In this document: positions 60,208 to 64,000 of the stretch, one piece after another
How the letters are laid out: each line of letters starts with the position of its first letter
How positions within the stretch are numbered: the first letter of the stretch is position 1
NCBI GenBank assembly: GCA_965226215.1
Contig: CBDDCH010000001.1
Coordinates: forward strand, 666,251-730,250
Origin: Bryobacterales bacterium
Lineage (GTDB): Bacteria; Acidobacteriota; Terriglobia; Bryobacterales; UBA6623
Direction of reading: 5' to 3'
Length of the DNA stretch: 64,000 nucleotides
Position numbers and translations under genes: made by a program
Notes under the pieces: generated by a model
What the model saw: only the letters and a program-made list of their open reading frames with translations
The model's database searches: none
Told to the model about the DNA's origin: nothing

Positions 60208-60477
60208 GGGTATCGTCCACGCGCCTAGCGTTAACCTCGAAGCAGTCCGCGACTATGATGAATGAGCTTTTACATCTCAAAGATCTGAGTAAGGTTAATC
60301 ATCATAGGTACTGTGGAATCTGTGGAAAACGCAGTAAGTAGCTGTTAACACTGGTGTTAGAAAAATCCTCCCTTGTTAAAAACTAGGTGCTAAAGAGGAG
60401 TTCATCTCAGCAGATTGCCAAGTTTCCACAGCTTGCAGCGGTACTGAGCCCAGAGAGAAGTAGGTACTTCATTATAT
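60208..60477. other. candidate chromosomal replication origin (oriC), dnaA-dnaN spacer
   Basis: DnaA-box-like 9-mers TGTGGAATC (60312), TGTGGAAAA (60321, 8/9 to TGTGGATAA) and inverted GTTTCCACA (60422). AT-rich tracts at 60241-60310 and 60465-60490 in a GC-rich genome. Confidence 0.6.
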
Positions 60478-61803
60478 CTAATTAAATCTGTCAGTTAGCC
60501 TGTGGATCAGTCTGTTTAGACTGGGATCTCGCTGCCGCAGTTGCTCGATCTTTGAGACCGAATGTAGGACAGTTGTGTGGTGCTTGCCGTTGAAGGCTCG
60601 TCCGATCTCAGGGAGGGAGGCCCCAGTTAGCTCTTTGCATAGGTACATGGCGATCTGGCGGGGGAATGAGACAGCTTTGACATTAGTTCTTTCCCGTAGT
60701 TTTCCAGGCTGGAGCCTGAACTCTTGGCTTACGATCTCCTGTATTGAATCGATGGTTGCCTTGCACTCATTGACGGAGGTCATGGAGCGGAGGGCTTGCT
60801 TTGCCATTGAGAGCGAGACGTCAGCTCCTGTCAAAGATGAGATGGCCGCCAGTCGAATTAGAGCCCCTTCAAGTTCGCGTATATTAGACCTCATTTGTAT
60901 GGCCACGTAGCTGCGGACATTGTCAGGTAGGTTTATGGAAGATTCCTCAGCTTTGCGGTCAAGGATAGCCATCTTGGTCTCTAGATCAGGTGGCTGAATG
61001 TCAGCAAGTAGGCCCCATCCGAATCTCGATCGGAGCCGGTCAACAAAGCCGGGGACCTGTCTGGGGGGTCGGTCGCTGGAGAGGACGATCTGCTTCTCCA
61101 TATGATGGAGAGCATTGAACGTATGGAAGAATTCCTCCTGGGTCCTTTCTTTTGAACCGATCATCTGGATATCGTCAACGAGTAGAGCATCAGCTGACCG
61201 AAAGCGCTCGTGGAAAGAGCTCATTCGGTTGTAGCGTAGAGAGTTAATCATCTCGTTCATGAACTGCTCGCTGGTGATATATACGACGCGCAAGTGAGAG
61301 AAGTTCTTCTGAAGGTCTTGGCCGATGGCTTGCATCAAGTGGGTCTTGCCCATACCGACGCCGCCGTACAGGTAGAGTGGGTTATAGGCCCGTGCCGGGT
61401 TGCGGGCAACAGCTCGAGCAGCTGCGCAGGCGAACTCGTTGCACGATCCCATAACGAAGGTATCAAAGGTGTAGCGTGGATTGAAAGAGCTAGCCGGCAC
61501 TCGGAACTCGAAGGACGCTTGCAGTGGCGCTGACTGAGGCCGATTGAACTCGGAGGTCTTTGCTATCCCATTGAGTGTGAACACAATGGACTCGAACGGA
61601 AAGGAGAGACTTCGTGCTGTGTCCAAGATCGTCTCTTGGTACTCGGACTCGAGCCACTGTCGGGCGCTAACGCTGGGAACCAGTAGGTGCAGGGTGCGTA
61701 GGTCATCTACATGGCTGAAGCGGACGGGTTCGAGCCAGTTCGAGTAGTTCTCGCGGCTGACTTGCGCTTCGAGTCGTCTGAGGATTTGCTGCCAGACGTC
61801 CAT
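60478..61803 (-). CDS. dnaA: chromosomal replication initiator protein DnaA
   Basis: 441 aa. AAA+ Walker A GGVGMGKTHL, LLVDDIQ, and a C-terminal DNA-binding domain (...FNGKHHTTVLHS). Confidence 0.97.
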   Translation of the reverse strand: MDVWQQILRRLEAQVSRENYSNWLEPVRFSHVDDLRTLHLLVPSVSARQWLESEYQETILDTARSLSFPFESIVFTLNGIAKTSEFNRPQSAPLQASFEFRVPASSFNPRYTFDTFVMGSCNEFACAAARAVARNPARAYNPLYLYGGVGMGKTHLMQAIGQDLQKNFSHLRVVYITSEQFMNEMINSLRYNRMSSFHERFRSADALLVDDIQMIGSKERTQEEFFHTFNALHHMEKQIVLSSDRPPRQVPGFVDRLRSRFGWGLLADIQPPDLETKMAILDRKAEESSINLPDNVRSYVAIQMRSNIRELEGALIRLAAISSLTGADVSLSMAKQALRSMTSVNECKATIDSIQEIVSQEFRLQPGKLRERTNVKAVSFPRQIAMYLCKELTGASLPEIGRAFNGKHHTTVLHSVSKIEQLRQRDPSLNRLIHRLTDRFN

Positions 61804-62008
61804 AGCTCTCTGGCTGTCGCTCGGCCAACGGCGGCCAAGTATCGGATTTCAGTGGGTTGAACGAACTCTCCTCCAGCCGAAGCTGTAAAAAGGAGTAAAA
61901 AGTCTTTTTTAAAGAAACGTAGTTTATCACAGGAAGTAGCGCCACGTCGCGGTTAATCCTAGAAGAAAAACGCGGCACCACGAACTTGTTTTTGAAACGT
62001 CGTTCTTG

Positions 62009-62857
62009 CTACGAAATGACGGGAAGACCTTGCTGCCTGTCGGCAGATGGGAGCGCTTCGTTGAGTGAACCAAGACGATAGCCTTCTAGGTCGAGGGTGA
62101 CGTATTGGAAGCCGAGACTCTTGAATATGTCAGTCATCTTTTTGGCCATCTCGAGGTCGAGCGCTCGCGCTAACTCATCGGGGCCAATCTCAATGCGAAC
62201 GAGCTCACCGTGGTAGCGGACGCGGTAGATTTCGAAGCCGAGACTTTTGAGCGCCTCTTCGCCCTTCTCTACAAGCTTTACTTTCTCTTTTGTCACTGTC
62301 GTTCCGTAGGGGATGCGCGAGCTCAAGCAGGCGGCGGCAGGTCGGTCCCAAGTGGGCAAGCCCTCGCGCTGCGATAGCTCGCGGATGTCTGCCTTCGTAA
62401 GGCCGGCTTCCAACAGGGGTGCGCGGACGCCGTGTTCTTTCGCAGCCCGATGACCGGGCCGAAAGTCTTTCGTGTCGTCCACGTTGACGCCGTAGGTGAT
62501 GTTGTCAAAGCCGAGCGCACGCCCGGTCTCACTGAGTTGGCTGAAGAGCTCATCCTTGCAGTGGAAGCAGCGATTTAGGTCGTTGCGCACGTAGTCCGGG
62601 TTGTCGAACTCGTTGGTTTCGATGTACTGGTGGCGGATGCCGTATCGCTTGACGAATGCTTCGGCGTCCCGCTTGTGAGATTCTGGGATTGAAGCCGAGT
62701 CGGCGGTGACAGCGAGAGCGTCGGCCCCTAGCACTCTGTTCGCGGCCCAGGCCAAGTAGGCCGAGTCCGTGCCGCCTGAGTAAGCGACCAGCACACGGTC
62801 CATCGAGCGAAGAATCGAGAAGAGTTGCTCTTGCTTGCCGTGGATCGTATCTGTCAT
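62009..62857 (-). CDS. larE: PP-loop ATP pyrophosphatase, LarE-like sulfur transferase family
   Basis: 282 aa. PP-loop VAYSGGTDSAYLA. Overall TIGR00268/LarE-like length and layout. Confidence 0.6.
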   Translation of the reverse strand: MTDTIHGKQEQLFSILRSMDRVLVAYSGGTDSAYLAWAANRVLGADALAVTADSASIPESHKRDAEAFVKRYGIRHQYIETNEFDNPDYVRNDLNRCFHCKDELFSQLSETGRALGFDNITYGVNVDDTKDFRPGHRAAKEHGVRAPLLEAGLTKADIRELSQREGLPTWDRPAAACLSSRIPYGTTVTKEKVKLVEKGEEALKSLGFEIYRVRYHGELVRIEIGPDELARALDLEMAKKMTDIFKSLGFQYVTLDLEGYRLGSLNEALPSADRQQGLPVIS

Positions 62858-62903
62858 TTATCGAACAGTGCTCTTCTGCTTGGCTTAACCCTTACCGCGG
62901 CCG

Positions 62904-64000
62904 CTATTGTATCAAAACCCCTTGTCCATCAGGGCCGTTCATCTTGCCGTTGGGCCCCGATTGGCCGTCGGGGACCACACAGGCGGCGGCAATCCCGTCG
63001 CCATTCTCCAACTGCACGAGCTTGACGCCCTGGGCGGAGCGGCCCGTAGCGCGTATCTTATCCGCCCCGATACGGATGATCTTGCCGCCTCGGGTGATGA
63101 TCATCAGATCGTTCTCCGTGGAGACCCTCATGATGGAAACCACGTTCCCGTTGCGCCGAGAGGTCTTGATGTTGATCACACCTTTGCCGCCACGGGCCGT
63201 CACTCGATAGGCCTCGAGTTTCGTTCGTTTACCGAAGCCGTTCTCGGTCACGCTTAGGATCAACACATCCGCCGACACGGCTTGCATCCCAACCACGTAG
63301 TCGTCCCGATCGAGCCGGATGGAGCGCACACCGCGGGCCGGCCGGCCCATGGCTCGCACATCTTTCTCGTCGAATCGGATCGCTTTACCCTGGCGTGTGG
63401 CTACGAAGATCTGCTGTTTGCCGTCGGTCAGGCGAGCGGAGATGAGCTCGTCGTCCCGGTCCAGGTTGACGGCGATGATGCCGCGGTTCATCGGCCGACG
63501 GAACGCCGGCAGCGGGCACTTCTTAATGACGCCCTGCCGAGTCGCCATGACCACGAACTGGCCCTCGGTGAATTCTTTGACCGGCAAGAAGGCCTGCACC
63601 TTCTCGGTCGCCTGCAAGTTGACGAGATTAACGATATTCTTACCCCGCCCGGCTACGCCGACTTCGGGGATGTCGTACACCTTGAGCCAATAGAGCCGTC
63701 CTAGGTTCGTGAAAACAAGGACGTAGGAGTGAGCCGATCCGATCAGCAGGTGCTCGATGAAGTCCTCGGTCCGCGTCCCCATGCCGATGCGGCCCCGGCC
63801 GCCGCGGGACTGCTGGCGGTAGGTGGTCACCGGCGTCCGCTTAAGGTAGCTGTTGTGGGTGACGGTGATGGCCATGTCCTCGTCGGCGATTAGGTCCTCG
63901 ATCGAGATCTCCGCCACCGGCCCGGCGATCTCGGTGCGCCGCTCGTCCCCGAACCTCTTCCTGACGTCGCGCAGCTCCTGGATGATGACCCGACGCAGCA
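62904..64000 (-). CDS. gyrA: DNA gyrase subunit A, C-terminal part (5' end beyond the window)
   Basis: The frame stays open to the window edge (...RKRFGDERRTEIAGPVAEISIEDLI...). GyrA-box QSRGGRGRIG and a beta-pinwheel repeat domain. Confidence 0.95.
   Translation of the reverse strand, partial: LRRVIIQELRDVRKRFGDERRTEIAGPVAEISIEDLIADEDMAITVTHNSYLKRTPVTTYRQQSRGGRGRIGMGTRTEDFIEHLLIGSAHSYVLVFTNLGRLYWLKVYDIPEVGVAGRGKNIVNLVNLQATEKVQAFLPVKEFTEGQFVVMATRQGVIKKCPLPAFRRPMNRGIIAVNLDRDDELISARLTDGKQQIFVATRQGKAIRFDEKDVRAMGRPARGVRSIRLDRDDYVVGMQAVSADVLILSVTENGFGKRTKLEAYRVTARGGKGVINIKTSRRNGNVVSIMRVSTENDLMIITRGGKIIRIGADKIRATGRSAQGVKLVQLENGDGIAAACVVPDGQSGPNGKMNGPDGQGVLIQ

Overview
High-GC bacterial chromosome segment, most likely Acidobacteriota, judged from two TIGR03436-type VWA proteins, a Solibacter-type TIGR03437 C-terminal domain and a PSCyt/DUF1553 + DUF1501 pair. 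All coordinates, repeat alignments and motif calls below come from reading and hand-indexing the sequence; nothing was searched or folded. 1-24.3 kb holds housekeeping genes (lgt, polA, a phosphohexomutase, moeA-moaC, purA, uvrC) and two secreted VWA loci. It also holds a decayed ISL3 copy with intact 24-bp IRs and an 8-bp TSD, and a promoter-led operon for a porin-like barrel, a CuA-type cupredoxin and a di-haem DUF1111 protein. 24.86-44.76 kb is a 19.9-kb integrative island in tRNA-Val(TAC), bounded by a perfect 54-bp direct repeat. The island carries an integrase, tandem ATTGTGACG arm-type sites near both ends, and an HTH + AAA_25 module followed by a dense CGGAGT iteron array. It has also taken heavy secondary IS traffic: an internally deleted IS1380, an IS1595 inside a DUF3592 gene, a 2.85-kb tyrosine-recombinase + IS91-type HUH transposase unit, and miniature or fragmentary derivatives of that unit's noncoding ends. 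44.76-46.06 kb is the remnant of a second integrative element abutting a convergent tRNA-Pro(CGG). 46.8-56.3 kb holds ald, an aminotransferase, an rmlC-like gene, rfbB and a truncated GMC gene. The same stretch holds a 165-bp palindromic element, an intact IS1380, an orphan blaI coupled to a yhaM-like gene, and a SurA-like PPIase. 56.7-64 kb is the chromosomal origin region gyrA-larE-dnaA-[oriC]-dnaN-gyrB, all on the minus strand. No CRISPR array or rRNA was seen, and no complete defence-type system was recognised. The most unusual items are the recombinase/HUH element with its miniature derivatives, the iteron array, the porin-cupredoxin-dihaem operon whose first gene seems to need a non-ATG start, and two families of structured intergenic repeats.
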